From NCBI GenBank assembly GCA_026936335.1, contig JAPMXV010000018.1, forward strand, positions 62,001 to 126,000: a stretch of DNA of 64,000 bases, read 5' to 3'. This DNA comes from Mantamonas sphyraenae STR306. Taxonomy: Eukaryota; Protista; CRuMs. The notes under the pieces were generated by a model that saw nothing but the letters and a program-made list of their open reading frames with translations, was not told where the DNA came from and searched no databases. Positions within the stretch are counted from its first letter, which is position 1. Each line of letters starts with the position of its first letter. A program made the translations under genes and the position numbers. Positions 22,652-34,437 of this stretch are shown in pieces.

Positions 22652-25600
22652 TCAAACAAACCCGAAGCCCTCGTTGCCTTCCATCACCGCAAGCGTCAGA
22701 CAGCGCTTGGTCGTCTCAAAGTCCAGATAAGCCGGCAGGTCCAACTGGTTGAAGCAGGTGTGCGCCGATGGCAAACGCGCGTCCTCGCCACCGCTGCAAC
22801 GGTGGATGTTAAAGAGGCGCGGGCCACGGTTGCCCTGCAATGCGGCGAAACCGTCGATGGGACACTGGGAGGTGCCGTGGAAGAACTGGAGAAACATGGC
22901 ACGCATATGCTCGTCGAAACCAGCCACGACCGTCCAGAACCATTGAATGACCTCACTGTCGGGCTCGTAGCCGTGGTACTCTGTGTTGCGTCGCAGGTCG
23001 TCCAGATCGATGGTGGACACACCGCTGATGAGCAGCTCCAGCTCTTGCTCGTTGAAGATGCGCAGGAGGCGAGCAGGCACCACTGTGTGCAAGCCGTCCA
23101 GAAGGGCATCCAGCTGCTCGCGGATGGAACCGGTCATTTCGTGGTCGGCGAGCAGGCGCACAAAGTCACCCTTGTTCGTGTTGTCCACCGTCAGTTGGTC
23201 GCCACCCTCCAACAACGGCTGGTCGTACTTATCGCCAAAGTGGTCCACAGCCACCGTAAAGCGAAGGTCAAGCGGTTCGACGTCGTGGTCAAACACCCAA
23301 CGAAGATGACGATAGTAGTCTGGATTGATGGCCTCGAGGTCTGCAAAGCTCGGGGGCATGCCGAGCATGTGCTTGTAGAAGGAACGCGCAAAGTATGCGC
23401 TGATGGGTTGGCCGTCGTAAATGGCCTTGGCCAACACCTTGCCAACAAAGCGAAAGAACGCCAGGTGGTCGCCGCTGATGTACGAGTGCTTGTTGGGTTG
23501 GTACAGATCGTGGTGTTCGCCAACAGGCACAAAGAGGGCGTAGCCTGGGTTGAAGAAGGCTTTGCACACAGAAGCGTACCACTCACGCGTCAGTCCACCG
23601 GCATCCACTCCCTCCTCGCCCGTAAACGTGACACGCAAGTGTGCGCGCAGCTCTTCGCCGTTCAGGTGGGCCATTTGCTGGTACGAGTCCATAAAGATCT
23701 CGTCGCGACGCACACGCAGGTGCAACGACGGCTGGTAGTGTGTTTGCAGGTTGCTGCGCTGCTGGCGACTGTACTCGTTCAGCTGCTGCCTGAAGAAGCG
23801 CCTCTTGTTGGCAAACGTCAACAGTTTGGGTTGCTCCGTGAGCAGATCAAACGCACCGTGAAGCAGATCCGGCTCACGCTCCACCAGCAAGTTGATCAGC
23901 GCACGGTGTGTGTGACAGAACAAGCCAAAGTCAGACACATCTGCCGTGTCCAGCGAGCTGATGGACGACATCGACACAGTGCGTGCCAGTCCCTCGCTGT
24001 ACGATGTCGACGTTGTCAGGACGCTGCCTTCCAGAGTCTCGTTTGTCGTGCTGACGGTGCTCATGTCGCCATCGTCTGCCGCACTGCTGTCTCCTACGCT
24101 GTCGTTTGCGTTGCTGCTGCCACCACTACCATCACGTGTGCTGTTGGTGCGCTCCTGCTTTGTCTTGAGCGTGCGCAGGACACTGTGCATGGAAAAGAAG
24201 GTCTGCAGGGTGGGCTTGACATCCAACAGTGCGTGCATGAGGCGCCCACTCTGCAGCGTTGCCGCGTCCCTGTGTGCGTCGTCGCCCGTTGCTGGCATGT
24301 ACTGTTCGCCCAGGAACAGCATCAGACGGTTAAACGCAGACCACACGGGGTGGTCGCGCAACTGCAGCAAGGCAAGCGACATGGCCGAGTTGCGCAGCTC
24401 GTCAATGTGAGCCTGCGTCGCCTCGTCGTCTTTCTCACTCGCCAACGCGGTCTGCAGCGCCAGGTCTTCGACTTGTAGGATGCCTCGGATGAACGACAGC
24501 ATGGTTTCCATGCCTTCGTTGAGTGTCTTTGGATCCAGAGAGTCGATCGGCGTAGCCTTGGCCTTACCAGCAGCCTCTTCTTCCTCCTCGGTGCTAAGGC
24601 CATGATGAGCCAGTTGGGCGGCAATCAGCTGGTGCAATCGGCCGGCGGCCACGTCGATTGCATGCACGAGCTCGTTTGCCACCAGGCTGTTGATGTCGGG
24701 CAGGTGTTTGCCTGCAAAGTTCATCAGCATACCTACGCGTTCCAGCGTGTCCTTACTGCACGTGGGGTTGCTCACCAGGTGCACAAAGTGGCGCACCGTG
24801 GCCTCGATGGCTTGTGTGCCTTCTGCGGTGGACGTGGGAGGTGGCGGCCACACGTACACTTCCGCTTCGCCTTCAGCAACCCCTTCGGCACCAGTTGACT
24901 GGCCGTGCGTGTCAATGAGTGTGTCGCGGATCTCGGTGCCTTTGTCAGACACGACCATGCGCACAACCTTGTCGTACGAGACACGCACAGTGGTCCTTGC
25001 ATGTTCCCCTGCTCGTTTGGCCACCATTGCCGGCACATTGCGCAGCCTGTGCACAAGCTGCATCTGCTGCAACGCATTGACAGCCAACTCCACAATCGTA
25101 TCCACTGTCTTGGCGCTGTGTTGCAGCTCACTGCGCTGCACAAGGGCCAGTACGTCGCTGAGAAGCGTGTCTGCAACGGCGAGGTCGTCAGCGGCTTCAG
25201 ATCCGCCTCCCCAAACACGAGGGCACGCACGTCGGCCTCCATGCGATCGCCGCGACCCTGCACGGCTTTTCCTTTGGCCTTGGAACTTGCACGCGACGTT
25301 TCGGCGGCTGCGGCATCGTGTCCCACCACGTGGAGGTTTGCCTGTTTCAGCGCCGTGTGCACGGTTTCTGCAGGCATGCCGAGCATGTGTGCGACGTGTC
25401 GGTTGGACGTGCACATCAACTTGAGGATGGACACGATGCGCTGTTGCACAAGCGCCGGCGCACGGTGAATGTCTTGGTCGCCACGGTTGCCGTGCAGCGT
25501 CAATGGTGCGTGAGCAGGCGTCACCAGCGGGTCAAACAAGTCCTGGCTCATCAGCTCCAGCGCCACTCGGTCGTTCTCTTGCAATGTTTTTGCGGCAGCG

Positions 25601-28600
25601 GGCCCACCACCGCTGCTGCTGCCTGCGCTGTCGGCGTCACCCTCACCCTGCGTGCCGTCGTGTGCGAGGATGTGTGCAAAGGCGCTCAGGATCTGTGCAC
25701 GCAGCACAGGGTGTGTGGCAAGGTTGAGAAACACGTGTGGCAATGGCCACACGCGAAGCGGCTTCTGGTCCAGGTACAACAGGCGTAGAAGCTCGTTCAG
25801 GGACGCGCGGCTGAGGATCGGCTCATCCACACGCGTACCTTCAGGCACGTGGTAGGCACCCATGGCATGGGCATCTTCGGTTTTCCACACGCCTCTACGC
25901 ATGCCCCACGTGACCTTGGACGACTCTGTCACCGTGCCGGGCTCACCACGCAGGCGGATGTCGCCCGCGTTGTTCAAACGCGATGTGTAGCTGTGGTGTT
26001 CGTACGTGCGCCCACTGCCGCCAAACTGCGAGGTCTCTGCGCCATATCCACCCAACCCGCGCACTGGGACACGCCCCATGGCCTGTTGTTGTAGCTGGTG
26101 CATGCGTCCGCGAACACGCCTTGCCTCGTTGCGAAGATCCTCAGGAAGAGTCTCCACCACGTGCGCAGGCAGGCCTGCCAATGCTTCGCGCCGTGTCGCA
26201 GGGTCTGTGATCGACCGGATCACCTGTGCTGTGTCCTCGTCGCTGAGGCCTGCCGCTTCTCCTGCCGCACCGCTGCCGCTGCCGCTGCTGCCACCTGGGT
26301 TGTTCACTTCGGCCATCAGCCTCGTTTGCTGTTCCAGTTCGGCTCGCATTTGTTCACGCATGTCCTCAGGTAGCGACGCGAGGAACGCTTCCGTCTCTGC
26401 GTCGATCACAGACACTTCCACGTCTTGCTCCTGCGTCTGTGCTTGCGTCTCCTCTCCGCTTTCCTGAGCTGCGTCTCCCACCTCGCTGCCCGTTTGCTCA
26501 GCAGTGTTGCTGCTTCCGCCGTCTGTGGACTCTGCTGTGTCTGTTGCGGTTGAGTCCACGTCGCCTTCGGACGGCGGTTGCTGAGACGCCTCGTCCATGC
26601 TCTGCACCTCGTCGGCCACAGGTGCATCTCCGTCGTTGATGCTCAATGCTGCCGAGTCATGAGAAGTGTCTACGCTCTGTAGAGACAGAGCCAGAGCGGC
26701 CTGCATGTCCTCGTCCTCCTCCTCGTCGTCTTCTTCCTCTTCGCCGGAACCCTCCTCGTCCACAGACGAGATCGGTGTTTGGTTCAACGAGTCAGTCGTG
26801 GTGTCCACATGGCTGACGTGTGTCACGTTCTGCGCCATGGTCTCGCCGTCAGAGTCCGCGGTGGAGTTCATGACGGTTTCGTGATCGAGCACGGACGAAT
26901 CCTCCGATGTGACAGTCGTTTCGTTGGCACTCGCATCTGCAGACTCTGTCTCCGCTGCTGGCTCGTCTTCGCCCGACAGATCCATCAGAGACAACTCCAG
27001 CGCACGTCGCAGCTGCTCCTCCTCGCTGCCGGCGTTGGGCCCACGTGCTCCCCCGAAGCTGCTGTGCAGTCCACCTGCAGCTGGAAGGGACTGGTTCAGT
27101 GTCCACTCGTCGCCAAGGAGGTTCAGCATGTTGTCCCTATCCATTCCAGGAGACACGTTCCCGCTCGCGGCTTGCTGGGCCGCATCCGCACCGTCGCCGT
27201 CACCATGTCTCTCACCGCTGCTGTGCGCGTGTGCGTTGTCCGCCCCATCAGCGTCGTTGCCCGAAGAAGCTACGCCGAAAATCTTCATCTTGTCCGACAT
27301 GAGGCGCAGATGCAGGTCGGCCTCGATTTTGGCCATTTCCATCATCAGTGTGCCCATGCCATCGATCACACTCTGCATGTGCGCGGTCAGAAATACGCCT
27401 GGGTACGTGCCGTCCCAGCTCCAGCGGTGGTCGTGGTGGCGATCGGCGCCCGGCATCAGACTCGTGGGCCGGTCGAACTCTCTGCCGGAGTGTGAGCTCG
27501 CCGAGTGCAACGCAGGAACCAACTCGATCTTGCGCTTCTCCAGACCAGCCATGATTTGGTTGGGTGTGTTGGTCATCGACACCACCAGTTTCGCTTCTGC
27601 AAATTGGCGCATCACCGTGTCCAGGTCGAGCTGCCTCCACTGCGCGTCCTCTCGGTGTGCGTCCACCTCCTCTTCTTGCTCACCCGGCAAAATGTTCCCG
27701 TTGTCGTCGTGCGATGCCACGTCCTTGGACGACACGCTGTCACCTTCGATGTAGATGCTCCTGCGCGTCAGTACCTCCAGGATCTCCAGCAGGCCAGCGA
27801 GGTTGGCTTTGGTGATGTTGTTGCGCGACATGCGCATCACAGCGACCACTGTGTCTGGCAACTGCTTGGCGTTCAGTTCTTTGATCATGGAGCGTGTCCT
27901 CACAGCGATCGGCTCCTCCTCCATGTTGTCATCTCGCCGCGCCAGCAATTTGCTGTCCACGATCACCTGGACCAAGGAGATCCACGAGCTCACAACACCT
28001 TGCTTCAGCAGCCCCGTGCCGTCTTCGCAAACGTCCTCGCCCCCGTCCATAATCGCACGGCCCCACTCCAGGATGCGCTCCATCACAATTGTGCGCAGGA
28101 CGCCCGGGAAACGAACCAGCAGCTGCAACGTGGGGTGTGCTACCTTGTGTGCTCCCTTGCTGTGATTGTTGTCAGCAACGCAGCGGACAAATGAGCGCGC
28201 AAGTTCTTCGTCCTCGTTCGCCAGGTCGTCCACAAAGTGCATGTGCAACGGGTGGTCACTCAGCAAATTGCACAGTAACGAAAGCACGCTTTGGCTCTGC
28301 AGGGCCATGACACGGCCTCGATTCCGTGCTTCTGTGCGCTCATTGCCCTCGTTGCCCTGGGCAGCTGCTTGCGCCTCAAAGGTGTCTTTGGTTTCGCACA
28401 GCTCCACGTATGCGCTCATCAGCATTGCAAGCACGGCTTTAGACGTACTTGCGCTGGCGACAAACGACTGCACCCGCTCTTCGTGCTCGGCTTCCACTGT
28501 GGCTCGCACCCAGGCTAGAACCTCCCGCTCACACGCACTGCTAATTTCGTCCTTTGTTTCGTCGTCATGCCGTGGGGCCAGAGGGTACATGAATTTCTTG

Positions 28601-31600
28601 TCCAGCAGCTTCGGATGGCCCAGTCCGGCACTAAGGCGTTGGGTGTCGGCCACGACGCGCGCAAACATCTCGCTGTCGACCACCGACGCCATGGTGGCCT
28701 CCCGCACGCTGTCGACTGCATGGTAGTTGGTACACAGCATGCGCATGCGCATGTACGTGGTCAAGTCGTCGCGCAGCATGTTGGCAAGCAAGAATTGCAT
28801 CTGTAGCCTGCAATCCTTCCTGTGGGTGCGAACAAGCAGTTGCTGCAGCAGTCCGCTCTGTGCCACCCGCTCAGCCATCGACCGCTCCAACGTCACGTAG
28901 CACAGGAAGCGCATCACAAAGTACACCAGGGGCTGGCAGTACGCCTCGGGCAACTGCATGAGCCGCTGCACTACGTTCAGCAAACGCTCTTGCTGTTCAC
29001 GGTTCAGATTTGCTTGAATCACATGACTACCCATAGCCACAAGCTTCCTCCTCGTTTTGTGCAGTTCTTGCACACCAACTGCTAGGGCAGCTTCAGCGGA
29101 CTCTGCATCCTTCACGGTTGCCGCCCCGCTCTCCTCAGCACCACCGTCCTTTGTGTCCTGTTTTGTCACGTCATCCCCCTCTTCGCCACTGATCTCCTCC
29201 ACTTCACGTTCCACACTGTCCTGCTCCTCGGCGGGCACAAAGTGCACGTAGCTATCGAGAAGCAGGATGATACCGGTGATCCAGTCGTGAGGGCGTGCGG
29301 AGGACAGCACCAGGTGCTTGTTGTCCTCTGTGCTGTGAGGAGGATCTCGTGCTCCCATCGAGCTCACGAGGTGCTGCTCTTCGGAGTGGGTGCGGGCCGG
29401 GTTGTTCCATCGACGCGCCTGATTCTCGGCCTCCTCCACCTCATCGCCTGTCTGTTGGCTACCCGCGTCGTCTGCATCAACATCACCCACCCACTGGATG
29501 TGTGCAGACATGGCCGTTTCGTCGTGACCTTCGTTGTGAATGAGCTCAGCAGCCGCCTCCGACGCTGCCAGCAGTGTTTCCACAATGTCGGGGCATCGTT
29601 CTGCCAGAGCAGACGCCGCCTGCTCTGGCGACGGTGTGTCCTGCATGAGAATGCCCAGCACCATGCAGTGGCGCATCAACAGCTTGGCATCGTCACGTGC
29701 GTATTCAGACTGCACCGTCACCTTGCTCAGCTGGACCTGTATGCGTTCCAACAGAGTCACCTGGACGTTCATAAGCATCTCTGCTTTGTGTTCTTCCTGT
29801 GACTGTACCGCGGGCTCCTCCTGCTCTGCAGCCTCGGCCGCAGACGATGACGACGACGACGCCGTGCTTGTCGCTTCTTTCCAAGCGTCGTGCGCCCTTT
29901 GCTGTTCGAGCGCGCGCAGGTGGCCCCACAGTTTGGCCACGCTGCCCAAGCCGCTCGTCACCTCACCCGAAGAGAAGCCCATGTAGCTTGTGAGCACCCG
30001 GTGGTCCAAGATACGCACCACACGTGCAAACGTCTCGTTGTACCATTGCTGCAATACCTCCTTGGCTCCGTCTTTCTTGGCTTGCCACGCTTGCTTGCGT
30101 CGCTCCAGCTCCAGCTCTTGCTCCGTGGGCTCGGGCTCGGGCTCGGGCTCGGGCTGAGAACCCGCCTCTTCGTTCGTGTTCACGTTGCTGTTGCTGTTGA
30201 GCTCAGTGTCCCCGTGAGGGTCCAATCCCATGTCCATCAGCGACATGGCCAGAGCTGCCTCCATGTCATCACCTGAGGTTGCCCCTGCGCTGTCGTTCAG
30301 AGACATGGCCAGAGCGCGCTGCAGCGCATCCTCGCCGCCAAAGCCCAGGTCTGCATCCGAGTGATTCTGCATCGGGTGTTCCACCATCCAGTCCAGCAGC
30401 ACAGAAGGATTGTTGCAGCTGACCGAAGGCACCGTGTCGTGTGCAAGTTGCACGTGTTCCCGCGTGAAACCCATGCTCACGAGCTGCACGCTGACGTCAT
30501 CTGACAGCGGCTCGCGTTGCTGCGCAATGTTCATCCATCGCCCGCTCGCGGCAGCGGCAGAAGGACGTCCCTCTCGATCTGAAGACCTCATGGCCATGAA
30601 CCCACCACGCTTTCTGGACTCTGACTCGCCACCCTCCAAACCGGCGTCTTCATACTCCACCTGGCCGTGCACGAGGTTCGCCACATACAACAGCAACAGC
30701 AATCTCTTCTCGTTTTCGGCATAGAGCACGCGGTGGTAGGCCTCTTTGTCCAACAGCTCGTCAAAGGATTTGAGCACATCGGCCACAACCACCACAGGGT
30801 CAAATGGCTCCTCGTGGGTTGAGCTGCTGCTGCTGCTGCTGGACGTCGTGCTCGTTGTGCTGCTCATCGTTGTCTCCGACTCGGCACCGTCTTCAGCAAA
30901 GCCACGGTTCAGCAGGCTGTTGGTTTGGTCTTGGGACTCATCGTTTGCGAGGAGGCTGCTACTTCCGCGTACACCGCCCTCGTTGCCACGACACCAGCTG
31001 CACAGCATCACCACGGCGCGCATGAGCTGCTGCACACGCATGCAGCTGATCACATGCTCACCCCGCTCCACAAACTGTGTGGAAGCTTCCAATTCGGCGC
31101 GCATGCGCTGCATCAGCGCATCCAGCAAACCCTTACGAACGATCCTTTCCAGAAACTCAGTGCGTGCCTTGAGGCGGTCAATAACAACAGCGTTGAGCAT
31201 GATCACGACCGTATGCATGGCATCCGAGTGTGGGTTGCAGTCTTCGTAGCCAGGCAGTGGGTACTCCGGATCCACCAGGGCGTACTGGGCCACGACCTGG
31301 TCAGCCAAGCTGTCCAGCAGCGATTCACGTTGCTCGCTGGCCTCGCTGCGCAACGAAATGCGCATGCAGTACGCGCGCAAGCGGCTAAGACCACGCTGCA
31401 ACGCACGCACTGAGACCATGACAGCCTCGGATCCTGCTACGTAGCGGCTGACCTTGTCGTTGCTTGCGTCTGCGTTGTCACAAGGAAGCTCTGGCGCAAG
31501 CACAACTGCAAACTCCAGGGTAATTGCGCGCTGCAGGCGGCCGAGAAACTTGACCAGGTCGAGTCCACGTGCATGACTGGACAGCAGCCACGATGTGCGC

Positions 31601-34360
31601 TGGCCGTCCATGGACATACGCTCGAGCACAGCCAGAGCGTCGCGCACGGCGGCCAGATGGCCAGCGAGCACGTCCATGGTCTGCCGATCCTTTGCGCTCC
31701 ACGCTTGCAGTTGCTCGTCCTCCATTTTGGCTGGCTCGCAAAGACCATATGCAGGCAGGCGTGCCTCGAGGTCAAGCCAGCCCGGGAGCAGTGAGTCGAT
31801 GGTGCTTTCTGACATGCACAGGGCGTCCACCAAACCTGCCAGAATGACATCGCACAGATAATCGTCGTTGCTGACTGTCATTGAGATTGCTGTGATACCA
31901 GCGCGGTTTGCGTTGCGGAGCACTTGCTGGGTGTCGTTGCTGTACACCAGGGCACTCATAGCCATCAGCATGTGCACGAGATCGCCCATGAGCTCGTGGC
32001 TGGCCAGCATCTGCATGAACCACGACCTACGTACCAGATCGGCCATGCGCGACATGGCCTGGTACACGGCTGTGATATGATCACCTTCGTCCTCGGCCAT
32101 GCGTGCGCGCGCCACGTCGACCTCGGCAACCAACTCCTTCATGAACACGGCCAAGCACGACGCATCCAGAAGCTGGTGGCGAGAAGCGGTGTGCAGCAGT
32201 CGTTCCCAGCCCACAGGGTCGCCGAGTTGAATGTGGACGTTGACATCGAAACGCAGGCGCAAGGCAAGCTGCACAACGTCTGCTTCCGGCAGCAGCTGAC
32301 TCAGCTGTGGCATGGCGAACAGTGCAAACTGGGTAAGCATGGGACGCACAGTATTCGCAGTGGAGGACTTGGCCATGGTCGGGTCCTCGAGTAGCGCGCA
32401 GCGTGCGTTGTCCTGAATGGTACGCGCCCACCCACGTTCTGCGATTTCTTCGACGCCCAGCCACGTGGTGGTCACGATTTTGGTCAGCAAGGATGCACTA
32501 TAACTGTATGTCATTCCATGCAGGTTTGGCTGTGCAATCACGGCTTCGGCGAGTTCAACCACGCGGCTGTTGCGCAGGAGCGTGCGTTGTGCCTCGTTCA
32601 GCGTCTCCCACGAATCGTTCACAACATGCGAAAGACAGCACATGAGGTTGCCCAGGATCCACAGGTCGATCTCCGAGGTCGATGTGCCGTCCTCGTCCGC
32701 CGTGGGTGTCGTAGAGGAGGCCACGTTTGCCGAGGAGGCCACGTCTGCCGAGGAGGATGATGATGATGACGATGATGATGATGATGATGATGACGATGAA
32801 GACGACGACGACGACGACGAGATTTCCTCGTCCGCGTGGGAGGGAATCACACCGAGAGACTGTCCCAGTTCGATGGTCTGTCCAAGCAGGTCAGAGAGCA
32901 TGGCGGCATGGACCTCTGTGGCCCAACCCTGAACAGAAAAGAGCCTTCCACGCTGGATGGAAACGAGGCGTGCACGCAGAAACACAGGTTCGCGCACTGT
33001 AAGCATGCTTTGCACCTGTGCACGGTCGATGGTCATCTCGGCAAGGGTGGCGATGACTTCTTCCAGCTGGGAGACTCGCACGTCGTCTCGCTGAGTCTTT
33101 TCCAACTCAACCTCTAGCCAAGAGAGGGCGTGACGTGTGCATCGGGAGGCAGAGATGTCGTACGCATGGGGCGAGCGAAGCCGATCCGAATTCATGCCCC
33201 AGCGCGGTGACAACGGATGGCTGTGCAGCTTGGCAAGGAGCAGGTTCTGTGCATCATGGAAGTGTCCATCGCGCAGCAGAGATTCACACACGGCGTCGAT
33301 TTTGGCTTGCACGCTGTCTGTGGCGCGCAAAGTGCCAAAGAAGCCTCGCCGGTTCTGCGCGTGGAGGCACTGGAAGATGGCCAGATCGCGCACACGCCCT
33401 GTTCTTGTCTGGTGGACAAAGGCAGAGCGCACGGCAGAGCGTACCTGGAATGCGTTGATCTCGCCCTTGGACGAGCGCAGTTCGGCCAAGAGTGCGGCCG
33501 AGGCGCTCTCGGCATCTTCGCCGTACGAGCGAAGGTCTGTTATGTGTACTGCCTGTGTGGCGTTGGAGCTGTGCTTGCTGTACAGGATGCACTGGTTGCT
33601 CGTCTCGCCGCCGTTGTCCACAAAGTCTCGCAGGTCGCCGTCCAAGTCCTCTGGCCAGCTTGGAGTGGGCAGCTCTTCACGCACCACGCTGCTGCCCATG
33701 TTTGTCAGCTCCATTGCTGTCATGCACGCCTCCAAAGCAAGCTCCATATCCATCGACCAGGCAATGGCGCGCGACAGCTGCACGTGAGTGTGTGTGGTGT
33801 GTGCGCGAGTTTGTGGTGAGCAAACACAAGAACGGAAAGCGCCCTCTCTCTCCTGCCTCTCGGTGGAACAACACTCTCTGCTGCGCGTACCATCACGAGA
33901 CCCTCCATGTATGACGACCAGGTGTTTCGCTGCACATGGTACACACTCTCGCGCACAAAGCGCAAGAGGAGCAGCAGCAGCAAGCGAGGGTCGCTGACGC
34001 TCTCCAGTTCGCCAAACGGCGGCACCGCCCGAGGTTTGGATTCGCGCAACTGCACGCTCGCCCCTTCCGTCTCCAGAAGGCCAAGCTCGTTGCTCAGATC
34101 ACGGACCGTGCGCTCAATGCGTGCAAACACCTTGCCTGTGAGCGTGTTTACCGCCACCTGCAGCGTGTGGTCGATGCACGCGCAAAAGTGTGGGAGGGCG
34201 TGTGAGTGTCGACCAGGAATGGCAACAAGTGCGGTCCACGCTCTGCACTCACGTTGCTTCCGTCCACCAGCCACAGGTTGCCCTTTGACCTCTGCAACAT
34301 ATCTAGCGCCTGCTCTGCTGTGCATTCCAGCAGAGTGCAGGTCTGTGCGAAAAAGTCCAT
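22652..34360 (-). CDS. HUWE1: HUWE1/Tom1/UPL1-type giant HECT E3 ligase, about 3800 aa; one frame break near 25210
   Basis: Exons 34360-34253, 34157-33891, 33777-22652 (introns GTGAGT..CAG and GTACGC..CAG). UBA (QLVSMGF), UIMs, UBMs (FLASLPEDMR) and HECT (GEEGVDAGGLTREWY...LPSAHTCFNQLDLP...EGFGFV). Confidence 0.88.
32756..32820. repeat. (GAY)n trinucleotide repeat encoding poly-Ser in HUWE1
   Basis: Read directly. One of many coding triplet repeats (poly-S, D, E, Q) in the window. Confidence 0.9.
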
Positions 34361-34437
34361 GGCAACGCGCGTGTCGGGTTGCTGCGGACAGCGCCGCAGA
34401 CACCACAGCAATCAACACCAGAAGGGTCACATTGCAG

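Noticed and set aside
19793-24478. Long antisense and alternate-frame ORFs (889 aa, 663 aa and many others in the track)
   Set aside because: They are shadows of real genes in GC-rich DNA with few stop codons, and have no recognisable domains.
33907-34437. 5' part of the 284-aa + ORF as a separate gene
   Set aside because: It overlaps HUWE1 exons 1-2 antisense. Only its 3' part, from 34438, fits as NIPBL exon 1.
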